NCBI RefSeq assembly: GCF_000150275.1
Contig: NW_002060943.1
Coordinates: 12,028,878-12,092,877 of the forward strand
Source of the DNA: Trichoplax adhaerens
Taxonomy: Eukaryota > Animalia > Placozoa
DNA length: 64,000 nt
Reading direction: 5' to 3'
Shown here: piece by piece, positions 43,751-55,105 of the stretch
How the letters are laid out: every line of letters starts with the position of its first letter
Numbering within the stretch: position 1 is the first letter of the stretch
Made by a program: the position numbers and the translations under genes
Notes under the pieces: model-generated
Databases searched by the model: none
What the model was told of the DNA's origin: nothing
What the model saw: only the letters and a program-made list of their open reading frames with translations

Positions 43751-44301
43751 ATCTTTATTGATTTATCGACAATATCAACTATGTTAATGCTCATTGAGTA
43801 ATTAAAGCGATAGTGATGTACAGACTAAGTGAAAAGAATCATTAGATTTCTAGTAATTATATTTTAAGTTCAATTGAGTAAATTTTAATTTAGAGGCGGC
43901 AGTGGGACGATTAAGACGGACAGGCTTTAATCTAACAAGTTATCTTGAGTTAATTAAATAGTTTTTATACTAATGTTTCCATATTACGGTCTTAAGGCCC
44001 AAAAGATAAATGGCGAAACTAGATATTTTTCCTAATACGTTTCGAAACAGATGATATTTACAAGTTGAGTAAATTTTTATTACCATTAATAATTTCGATA
44101 ACACTTTCTAAGTACTTAGTAAATCAAATTATCAGCGTATCGAAGGAAAATTCTCATACCGCAGTTTGATAGCAATGGCTAAGTAGAAAATACTTCAATT
44201 TTAATAAATTTGGCAAAATTATTTCGGCGCCTAATTTCTATTCAATGTCATGCTTCATCTCCGTGGAAAATAATATGATAGTAAGGCTCTATTGTCGTTT
44301 C

Positions 44302-44621
44302 TTACGAATCATTAGTGAAATTTCTAGCTTTAACTTCTAATTGCCTTCCTAGCTTTTGAACTCTTTGAATAGTATTATTATTTAATACATCACAAAATTC
44401 TAGGAAATCATTCCCATCAGCACGATTTTGTAAGATATTGAAAAGTCGATCTGCTTTTTGCTCTTCATGTGGAAGCCTTCTTATATCTGTTACTTCTCTT
44501 TCACTTAAAATATGCTTTGCTTTTAATTTGAGTAGTATTTCATCAGTAGGTATAATGCGAATGAAATCTTCATTATAATAGTTTAAGGCATGACACAGCT
44601 GTGGACGCGAAATTTCGTTAT
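44302..44621 (-). other. Terminal exon encoding a CARD/death-fold-like domain (absent from the ORF track)
   Basis: Good acceptor (ttatttcctctag), phase-compatible with the COR-exon donor (aaag|gtatgc at 46105). Translation: DNEISRPQLCHALNYYNEDFIRIIPTDEILLKLKAKHILSEREVTDIRRLPHEEQKADRLFNILQNRADGNDFLEFCDVLNNNTIQRVQKLGRQLEVKARNFTNDS*. This follows the CARD pattern (IL..L....ILS..E...I......KA..L..IL..R....F..F...L). Confidence 0.75.
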
Positions 44622-47600
44622 CTAGAGGAAATAAGAGATTTTCTCAGAATAATAAAGATTTAATAAAGTGAATGCTTATTTTAAACACTCTAAATTGCAG
44701 AAAATGGCATCTACTATTCCTGGAAGATACACATTATTGATATATTTTATTAATTCTATATTTATACTCCAAGTGGACGGCATGTACTATGAAAAATTTT
44801 GGTAAAGTATATAAATTTTAGCAAGCCTCAGCAGTATATTTTACTGTGTTATTTACGCTATAATTGTCGTTCATGCCAGTATAAGCGTAGTAAAATATCT
44901 TCAAATATATACGGTTTATTCCGATGAAATTTAATAAAAGTATTTAAAAATTTAGCATTGTGTCTGCATAACGTAGTTTTTGCAAGTTATATTTGTAGAG
45001 TACTTCTACTGTTCTATTTGAATGTCTCATTCTCAACAGTTTTCATTTACTATCTTTGAAAACGTAGTGGAAATGAAAGAATTTAAACCATTACATGTAC
45101 AAATAATGAGAAAGTTATAGTGTACTTTCGATTTTTTAAAGTATAAGGCGCAAGAAAAATTATGGTACGAAGTAAATTTAAAATAAAGTTAGTCCTGCGT
45201 CGCAGTATTGCATCTTCTATAGTCATTTGTAGCAACTTTTAATGCAAGCATATAAGGTTTAATTTACAACTTTATAAGATCTTACTGTTGTTGCTTGTTT
45301 GAGTATCCGACATTCGAAGCTTACCGTACCACCGATCTAAGCGATATAAGTTTACAAAAAATGATTATGAGCATGTTCAAGATCGATTCCCTTAGAGCTA
45401 GTTGTCACAGTCATCAAAATAACTTAGATATGGATGAGTAGTTTGTGATAAAATTTTGTTTTGAACTTGTTAGAAGTATGAACTACTACTTTAGGAGTTG
45501 CAATTGTTAGTAATAAACTAAGTTTATTATGATATTATGACGCTACAGTAATATGGTACAAGTAAGTACTGAGAATATAGGGGTTTGACAGGGCTTACAA
45601 TCGAAGTAGATTTACGTATGAAATTTTTTATTACCTCGAATGTCCGTATTCGATAATTTAATCGCTATAACATATTTGTTGTTGAAATATGTTGATCGTA
45701 TACTAAATATCTCTATAACGACTGAAAGAGCATATAGGTAGGACTGTGATCAATTAAAAGTGGCTTAGATTAAGGCTAAAATGTGTGAGAGTTATATACC
45801 GTATATTGTGTTTAGCAAGTTAGTGTGTACTTCGCAAGGATTTCAATTGCTATACCGAAGGCTAGGGAAGTAGTTCTGTGAATTAAAGCAAAGTTTATTA
45901 TAAGTGCTGTACTGTTTTCTTGTATCGCAAGGGTAGTTTTGATGCTAGTATTTACAGAATAAAAACTAAGGGAAATCAATGTATTTAGGCGTGTACACAA
46001 CTGTGATATGATAATAAATATCATTGATATAAAAGGATAAGTGCCGTAATTTTATCATCAGGCTTGCTATAGACATTATATCCCTAATTCTAACATTAGC
46101 ATACCTTTCCACAATTTCTTATCGTATGGTATCCAATCGCTAATCGAGTTGCTTTCGAAATAATTATGGCAGTTCTGACATTGAATCCAATTTTGGATTT
46201 GTACATTGATTTTACATTTTACACTAGTTAATTTATTACAGTAGCTGCATTGAACATAGAATTGACAATTTTTATTTTTAAACTTTGGCATTCTTTCTTC
46301 TATTATCGATACTAATTTAGCCCTAATGATGGCATGGAGACGTTTACTATGTAAAGAATTAAAAACTTTGTCCATGATTTTATCTTCAATTTCAGATTCT
46401 CTTACTTTTTGATAGCAATATTGTAAACCGATGTAAGAGCCTTCTTTTTTGACAATAACGTAATGACCATCGTTTGCTAGATAATACTTTGCGCAATGAT
46501 GATACAGTTCTACTTTAGTATTATTCCATTCCTTCATGCAGGCTGACAATAAACAATAATAGATTCCATCTGGGATATAAGGAATGTCCTTGTTCTCATA
46601 TCCGATATAGAACCAATCTGATAAAAGATATCCTGTTAAATTAAATGGATCAACATCGGAGCGTAGCAAGTATGGGGCAAAATATTTACTTTCATCTTCG
46701 TCATTATCATTTTTAATCTGGCATACTATATCATAAGTCTCCATTAATTTCAGTATATTCTTCTTTGCATCTTCATCTAATTTTTGAAGAACATAATCAA
46801 TGTAAGATCTTGATAACTTCCCTGTTTGGCTAGCCTTTTCATACTCAGATATTATAGACGAGCTACCAGAAGGACATTCATGGCACTGGATAAGGCTACG
46901 AAATATTTTTAATAACCAATCAACATTTGTTACAACGATTCCTCCATAACCCGCTTTCTTGCAAAATATAATTTCTCCTAAATCATGTAAATAAGTCAGC
47001 ATATCGATTAACTCTTCTTCATTCTCATATAAGCAGTACTTCTGAGCCAAATTAATTACTTCTTGTATGGTCATGATATTACTAATGCTATCAGTCCGAA
47101 TTTGATTGATTTTTGAGGAAGTTGATGGATTGTCATGGCTGAAGGAGGCTACACGTAATATTGTTGCCATAATGATCCAACGTATAGGAATAGAACTCTT
47201 CATGAATGGTAACGATTGCGCAAATTTTTTAATTATGTGATGCAGACGAAAACTGCAATACGTCCGATTAATCTTGGTTGGTAGGCTATTGTCTTCAGCA
47301 TTACAGTTAAAAACGATACCTGAAGAATAGATATTGTTTTTATAGATTGGCATATGCGATCTTATTTCACGCTCAAATTGATTAAATCGACGGATACGTT
47401 CTTCTTCTTTTAATATTAAATCGCCATGCGATGCGACTAAGATAACGATGGGCAACGAATACTTAACATTATCATTGTCAATATTCGCTGTAATCTCACC
47501 ACCATCTCTATGACTACCGATGATAGACGTCAACCATTCTTGCATGGCGTGTAAATAAGTTGTGTTCAGTAATTGACCATCTCGCGTCCGTACTTTGTCA

Positions 47601-50301
47601 TAAATATCAAGGGCAATATTGAATACAAGAATATATATACTGTTTTCGGACATGAATAGACGATGAGTAATATGGTAAATTTCATGACCGCCGAAATCCC
47701 ATATTTTAGCATATTGGCTATCGTAGTCCAAGTAATTCTTTTTCATTGGTGGCAGAGAAAAATAATATTGGAAGACATCTCGTAATTGTTGCATGCTTGA
47801 TTTAGAATTCATTGTCTCTAAATCTTTTGAAGCAATGGGATCTTGTTTATCAGTTTCATATGTGAAATCGATAGATCCAGTGTCAGCTATAGTTTGGCGA
47901 TAAACTGAACCAGCTGATACTTGAGTCGTGCTATCATTGTTGAATGTTTGCATAATGGAATTTATATTAACTCTCCAAATTTGGCGTAAATCATCAAGCT
48001 GAAGATTTTGTAAATTATATGCTATTTCGATTACTGTTTCAGATTGATGGACAATCTCCGTAGGAGGTTGATTTGGTTTAAGTACTTGTCGAGTAAACGC
48101 CCTCATGATAGATGATTTACCAACATTTCGTGGGCCAGTAAACATAGCTCTTACTAAATTATTAAAGCAGCTCCCTCGGTCTAAAGCTTTGATATATCCA
48201 CGAAAATATCGCTTTTCTTGAATATCAGTAACTGAAAGGAGAAAATTATCAAGAGGCTTATTCAGCTTTGAAAGTTAATCAATGATTAGAAGAAGAATCT
48301 GTGATCAATACAAACCAGGAATGAATTATTAAATTTTACCTCGATTATTGGCCCAATCTTGTTCGTTGCTGTGGTTTTCGCTGTCACTTGACCGCAATTG
48401 TGATTGATTATCTTAATTATTGTTGAATATTACATTAATGTAGATTAATTTAAATATATATCAATTTCATGATGCTCTTGCATAATACAGAATAGGTAAT
48501 GTTTGATTTTTAAACTGTACTTACTTAGAAATTGTGGCTTATGGTGATCTTGTCCTCGGCTTTTCCTTTTATTTACTTCTTCTTTTAATATATATGTTTA
48601 CGAGTATATATAATTAATTATTAGTTTACAAATAGCGGAAAAAATCTATTACTTAACTTTCAGCTAATTAGTCTTAATCATTAAGGTAAAGAAATTAGGA
48701 GAAGATAGAGAACCTTGTATTTTTCCTGATTGATTAGTTAATGACTCAGAGATATTCATTTCTTGAGGTAAACAATTGCGAATAGTTTCTGATTTTTGTT
48801 GCATGGCAATAGCATCGTCAAAGTGATGTAAATGATTGTTACATCCTGCTAGTTTTTCATATATATCAGCAATACTAGAATGATTTTCTCCAAAAGTTTT
48901 ATGCAAAATATTTAGTGCTTCATTATATTTAGTAAGGGCCTGATTATACTTTAATTGTTTGTAATACGAATTCCCCATGTCTTGATATAGCTGTGAAATA
49001 TCGGGATGAGTATCGCCTAAGACTAATAATAAAATTTTAAGTGATTTTTGATACATTGAAAGAGCTTCATCGCACCTGTTTTGATGATCATAAATATTTG
49101 CTATATTTTTATAGGATGCAGCGATACTAGGATGATTTTCATCTAGTTGTGCTAATCGTATTTTAAGGGACTTTTCATGCATAGATAGAGATTTGTCGTA
49201 TTGTCCTTGATGTTCATAGACAACTCCCAAGTCTTCATAATTATTAGCAACATATTGATGATTTTCACTATAGACCGATAATTGAATTTTGAGCGATTTG
49301 TTATGCATTGTTAAAGCATCATCATATTTACCCAATGAATCGTAAACATTTCCAATATCATGATATATCGGCGAAAGGTCAGGATGATCGTTGGCCAGAA
49401 TTGATAAGTAAATTTTAAGTGATTTAAGATACTGGGAGAGGCAATCATTAAGTCTTCCTTTCTTCTTGTATGCTACACCCATGCTAAGATAAGATGCTGC
49501 AACAGACGAGCGATTTTCTCCAAAGACTAATAGTCGAGCTTCAAGACATTTTTTAAATATAGCAAGAGCCTTATCATATTTGCCTTGACGTAAGTAGATA
49601 TTTCCAATATTGTTATATGACTCGTCAACTATGGCATGATTATCACCTAAATGATGGGATTCAATTTCGAATGACTTCTGATACATGGAAAGAGCATCAT
49701 TATACTTGCCTTGTTGCTCATAGATAAGCCCCTTATTATGGTATACCCGAGAAATGTCAGGATGATTATCATCAAGTATTGATAGCTTGATTTCGAGTGA
49801 TTTGTCATACATAGCGAGAGCTTCATAATTTTCTCCTTGTTTCCACTTAACTAGTCCGATGTTATTATACGAATCACTGATATTTAGATTTTTCTCTCCT
49901 AGAGAAGTTAACTTTATTTCTAAAGCTTTATGAAAATCGTGTAATGCTCCATTTAAATCGCCTTGTAATCTTTTGATACTTCCTTGTCTATCCCAGCAAT
50001 TAGCGATGCAGACCTGGTCTTGTAGTTCATTTGCTACCTGTTGCGCTAGGTTGCAAAATTCGTAGGCTTTTGTCCAAATGCGTTCACGTCTGTAAATATC
50101 ACTAATGTCTATGTAAATATTACACTTAAGTCGTTCAACATCAGCAGAGGAATTGGGTATTATTTCAATTTTATGTAGAGATTCCATATAGGAAGGAAGC
50201 GCATTTTTAAAGTCAAATTTTGTTTTACTCTCTTTAGCCATTTCAAATAGAGACTGAATATTTTGGGGAACAGTAGACTCCGTAGGTTGTTCTGTAGCCA
50301 T
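44302..50301 (-). CDS. ROCO-family protein TPR-Roc-COR-CARD-like, ~1387 aa, 5 exons: 50301-48714, 48581-48525, 48411-48340, 48231-46105, 44621-44302
   Basis: Exon 1 has ~10 42-aa TPR units. Exons 2-3 are 57- and 72-nt linkers. Exon 4 reads YIKALDRG..VRAMFTGPRNVGKSS (P-loop), IWDFGGHEIYHITHRLFM..SIYILVFN, ILVASHGD, then COR (IP.RW, LTYLHDLGEII, NVDWL, YFAPYLL). Exon 5 is helical and death-fold-like. The exons total 4164 nt = 1388 codons with no internal stop. The exon-1 donor (GTTCTC) is weak, so the TPR-to-Roc join is the least certain part. Confidence 0.78.
45403..45940 (-). repeat. ~540-bp interspersed repeat, copy 2 (inverted), inside intron 4 of the ROCO gene
   Basis: Reverse complement of 22861-23403 along its whole length (tgtcacagtcatcaaaataacttagata ... 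ttgacagggctt.ca.tcgaagtagatttacgtatgaa ... cttgt.tcgcaagggtagtt). Confidence 0.85.
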
Positions 50302-52620
50302 GCTTTTCAGTTAAACTGGAATGGGTATACATATGGTCGAAATAATTGTTCTTACAGAATAAATTTGTGATTAGAACTGAAGTATGAGCCAATTTTCCTA
50401 AGTTGATCGGAACTGAAATCACCTCACAGCCTTGATTCAAAGCCTGAGTTTTATTTTCAAATGAGAAATTACGGTTTCAACTGAGGTTAATTACAATGTA
50501 ATCAAATTCATTTATTTACCAATGATGCTTGATGATTTGTTTAATTAATGGAATCTTAAGGACGAATTATGGCGAGCTTTATTACATCAGCTTGATTGCA
50601 GTTTCAATGACTTTGCAACCCTATTAAGTTATCTTGTAATTTAAATTTAATCCTCACTGCTCGACAATTCTTGTTCCAAATTTTAATAAAATACGGAAAA
50701 CGTAAAAAATCGCTCCGTCAAGCTTCTAAAGCCTTCTAAATCGATGATAATATATCTGTTAACGCCATAGTTTCCACTGTAGTTTATCATAAAGCAATAT
50801 TATTTCTACTATAATTTTTATTCGTAATTAGCTGCTAGTTTTTAATCAAGATTGCAGCTTTAATACTGAGTTATCTAAATATATAGTCAAATTTACGATC
50901 TTACGTTGCAGTTCTTAAAAAAACTAAGTTATTAAATTCTAACCTAAATAAAGTGGTCGGGTTTACGATAGACGGTACTAAACCACTATGTACTGTAGAA
51001 TCTACGGTTATTAAACTAAATTGAGTCTTTTTAAAATTATAATACTTACTGAAGTTGAAAAAAACTTGAAAGAGAATTCTAAAAATTAGTTTTCATTACA
51101 TAAAGAGAGACAGAACTAAAGCTGTCAATAACGGACCATTCTGGCCAGAAAATGAACATTTTCACTTGCAACTTGTGGGCCTAGTTAGCTTTCTAATTTT
51201 AAACAAGTTCTTCCCAAAATCAATCTCTTTTTTTCTTTTTTCTTATTTTCTGGTTGTACCACCTCTTATAGGCTTCGTGAAGCTTTTGGTGGTATTTAAA
51301 ATAAAACACTTATCGACCAATCACTATTAGGATTAATTTTTGTTTATACACGTGCTTCACATCATTTCTAAAAATAAAAATCGTACAAAGTCTAGACATT
51401 ATCGTGTTTACCTTACGATTTCCAAACAAAATGCTATAAAGCTAACTTACTAATCATGAAATACACCAAATATTATCTCTGGTACCGTTTAAAACATAAG
51501 AACCTTTAAATTTTGACATGTCAACGTGTATCTATTGCAATTCTAAATGCTCTTATATCCATTTTACGTCCTACTTCAATAATAAAGAGCGATGGACATA
51601 TATGAAAAAATGCCGGTTGAAGTAATTATGAATGACAGGGCTTTACTTAAATTCTAAATAAATTTAACTTCGTAAAAGCTATCTAACGCTCTATCTTTAG
51701 ATTAGGCGATCGCTGACATCTTAGATGCATGGGATTTGTAATCTAAGTTCCAGCTTAACAAAATAACTATTAAAATCACAGAGCACATTCTCAAAATCTA
51801 GTAGTAAATTACTGGGAAAATATAACAAAATTTTCTATTTTAAACTACGTATGATTGCGTTCTATTTTTCTACAGTATTTCATAAAATCTTGTAAAATAC
51901 GTAGAAGAAGAAGAAAAAATAGCAATGTATTATTTAAACAAGGTGAAATAAGGAATAATACTATATTATTAAATACAAGAAAAAAATACTACTAGTAAGC
52001 ATGAATGCTAGTATACTAGTATACCACTAGTACCGAGTAGTGGTTTACGAATAGTTATGGTAATCCTCAGAATTATGATATCAGTGGTAACTGCGATATT
52101 ATGATTGGGTTTATCTACTAGGCTTTTGGCATATTTTTTCCAGAATGTAAGGGTATCAATAAAATACAGATAAATTTTTCTATTAAATCAATATAAAAAT
52201 ATAATAATAACAGTGTGCTCCAGCAAGAAAAATATTCATAGATTTATCGGTATTTAGTTCATCAATAAATATTTGAAATGTAAAGGATGACAGTAAAATA
52301 TCTTTTTATTATCTCTGACGGCATAGTTCTATTCTACTACTTCTGTTTTATTTTTTGCGAACGATTCCTTGAATGTTGGATAATTGCATTGATATTCAAT
52401 TTAACAAAAGATATGTATTATCAAGCATATTTAAAAGACTTCCGTAGGTTAACTGATTGATTCCTATTACGCCCGATGGGGTAGCTGGAGAAACACAAAT
52501 GAAATCTAATCTTTGTTTACTAACTACCAACCAAAAGTGAACGATAGATCAGGATAACGAATTGTTACATTTTTGATCTAACTTCAATTAAGATTTATCA
52601 ATAATTTAGGAAGTGATAAA

Positions 52621-52650
52621 ATTAGTGATTATTAGTGATTATTAGTGATT
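52621..52650. repeat. Perfect 10-mer tandem repeat (ATTAGTGATT)x3
   Basis: Directly visible in the sequence. Confidence 0.9.
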
Positions 52651-54253
52651 GATCTTTTTTCTTGCTGTGAGATGAAAGGTGAAAGTTATTTATGGTAGCC
52701 ATTAAAATTTTTATTACTAGAGCTGATTCTGCAGCAGTTATTGCCATACTTCAAAAATTAAATTAATTTATCGAGCAATTCTCAATATTTAGTTGTAATA
52801 GTTTCAAACTTAAAGAAGATATTAGTCTGGTCGCAAAAAGGACTTGTAAATTCATCTTAGTCATTAAATTAAATGAATTCTTAACAGAAATAATTTCAAA
52901 CATGGAAAGAGCGGTAAAACTAGTGCAGTTAGAAGGTAAAAGCAGATGCAGTGATGAATTGATTAATTGTAGTGATGCTTACATAATATGAGAAGAAAGT
53001 AATTTTATATTATACTTACGACCTGTAATTATGATTTACTGAAAATTATGGCTCCAAATATATTATAAAGAGAATACTCAATTTGTAAACTTTGATTTCC
53101 TGTTATAAGATCCGATCACGAAAATATCAAAGTTATAGAAAACTAGAGCTTTATTATTTAGATCTAATACAAAGACTAGCTGCACACAGCGCTACTCGAG
53201 CAGAATACAACTGCTGATAAGCTTCTAGAAAAAAATGATCAGATAATTTAATGTCACCTGCTTTTATACTCTTCGTAGCCTTCGCAGCTACGATCGGCGC
53301 AGCAGCATTCTCCTATCTTTTACACATATTCAGCTTATTATTAGTCATAATGTTTTACAGCGAACCGTCATTAATCAATATAGAAATGATTACAGTATTT
53401 TCGTAGATATTATTACTACCGTTCAAAGTGCAATGAATTAAGCATATCCTATTACATGATTTACAATTCTATTTCTTCCTCTAACTTTATTAGTAGCTCA
53501 ATATCTTACTGCATATAGTCATCTGTACCCTAGCATAGAGTCTATAATTATAGGCTACTAAATATATCACAAGATAAATATAGAAAAGACACTACCGTAC
53601 GCCATACTAAACATGGCTAATAGTTTACAATTACAATACTAAGTAACTTTACATTTCTTATTTAGTTAATATTTGTATCATATGGGAAAAATAACACGTT
53701 CGATTCAAAGATTGATTAAAATTCATTGCGGTATATTTTGCTTACGTATCAGTAATGTTTGGATTTGAATATGCATCCAATAGATAAATAGCAAATTATT
53801 AACACTATTAAGTAGCCATACAATTATTAATTAAAAAAATACTATAGAGAATACGCATATGTTTATTTTTAATTGAATGCTATAGAAGATAAAGATATCA
53901 GCTGGAGATAGCTAAAAAAATTGATTTACGTTTGCAAACTGCAAACCAAAGGTAAACGATGGATCAGAATGGTAAATTGTTAACTTATCTAACATAAGTT
54001 TGAGTAAGATTTTATTGGGGCCAATAGATACTGACCATGTATTTTCATAGCTTTATTGACTGATTATCATGAGATCTTCAAAATTGCGCAACTTGAGAAT
54101 GTTGTTCAGGTACAATAGTGCAAAGTGATAAAGTAAGTATTAGCGTAAAGAGCATTTGTATATTTATGGATTTTATTTTATATTATTTAATAAACAGTGC
54201 TTTTAATTAGCTTCAAGACGTACCTGAGACCAGAAGGGAAGGCATTTTCTTAC

Positions 54254-54310
54254 ATTGACTACTTTCTATTTCATTTCCGTTCATATCGTCATTATCGTAA
54301 GCAATAACAT
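54254..54310 (-). other. Candidate 57-nt phase 1-1 second exon of the 56509 TPR gene (alternative donor at 54224)
   Basis: Acceptor ccatttgcag, open frame DVIAYDNDDMNGNEIESSQ, donor t|gtaaga. An alternative phase-1 donor is cag|gtacgt, after CKKMPSLLVS. Confidence 0.5.
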
Positions 54311-55105
54311 CTGCAAATGGATAATAGAGATTGTAATTGAGCAAAACTAAATAATCCCAAGCACTCTATGCAATCAAAGCCTCTTGATATTTTGGTCAAT
54401 TACTACTTTTATATTCACGCTGTCATTTGAAAACAAATTATCACTGACTAGTATGATTAATAAAATAGCTATAGAATTGCAGAATTTTAACATGATACAA
54501 TTAACAGACTAGATTCGTACAGCATTCTAATTTTTTCAATTCAAGAATACTTTATTAAGGGTTCTAAAAAAATAATGATTTCAAGTCATTATAATTGCTG
54601 AATATCTGCCGGAACTACCAATCTAGACAATTTACTATTGATCAATATTTCTTTTATAACTAGTAAGCGGTATTTTAAATAGTTATCATAATTTTCTTAG
54701 TAATTATCATTCTCCACAAGATATTTGTTAATATAGAGCATGTAATTATTACGCAAACTATAAAATCATCGAATTAATTCAGTACTAATAACTGTAATGG
54801 CCGAATTTAGATGGTGCGTTGATATCACATGACAGGACTAACTTTTTAAAGTTATATTTAAACTAAAAATATAGAACATTTTTAATTTTTAGTTCATTTT
54901 TAGTAATGAGTTAAACTGCAAAGATTTAATCATTCTAACTCGAAAATAGCGAAGATGCAGAGTTCATAACTTAATTTCCAAGCGCTACCTACCCGACACA
55001 GCTGTGCTATTGCGATCCGATTCTCGATTAGTTCGTATACTATCTGTAAACGATACGAAAAGTAAATATTGAATTAATATTAGGGATTCTACGACCATAA
55101 CTCAA

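Noticed and set aside
46076-48145. Calling the Roc-COR ORF LRRK2, DAPK1 or MFHAS1
   Set aside because: No kinase, LRR or ankyrin exons were found, and the architecture differs from all three.
48653-48663. Potential 11-nt micro-exon (ag|ctgaaagttaa|gt) in ROCO intron 1
   Set aside because: It would break the reading frame and require a 50-nt intron.
48714-50000. 126-bp periodicity that might suggest a CRISPR-like or satellite array
   Set aside because: Fully explained by the coding 42-aa TPR repeats. The context is eukaryotic, with no identical repeats and no cas genes.
53258-53312. Exon-like segment ENAAAPIVAAKATKSIKA on the minus strand
   Set aside because: That reading is phase 0-1 and the 55-nt length does not fit the phase-1 chain from the 56509 gene.
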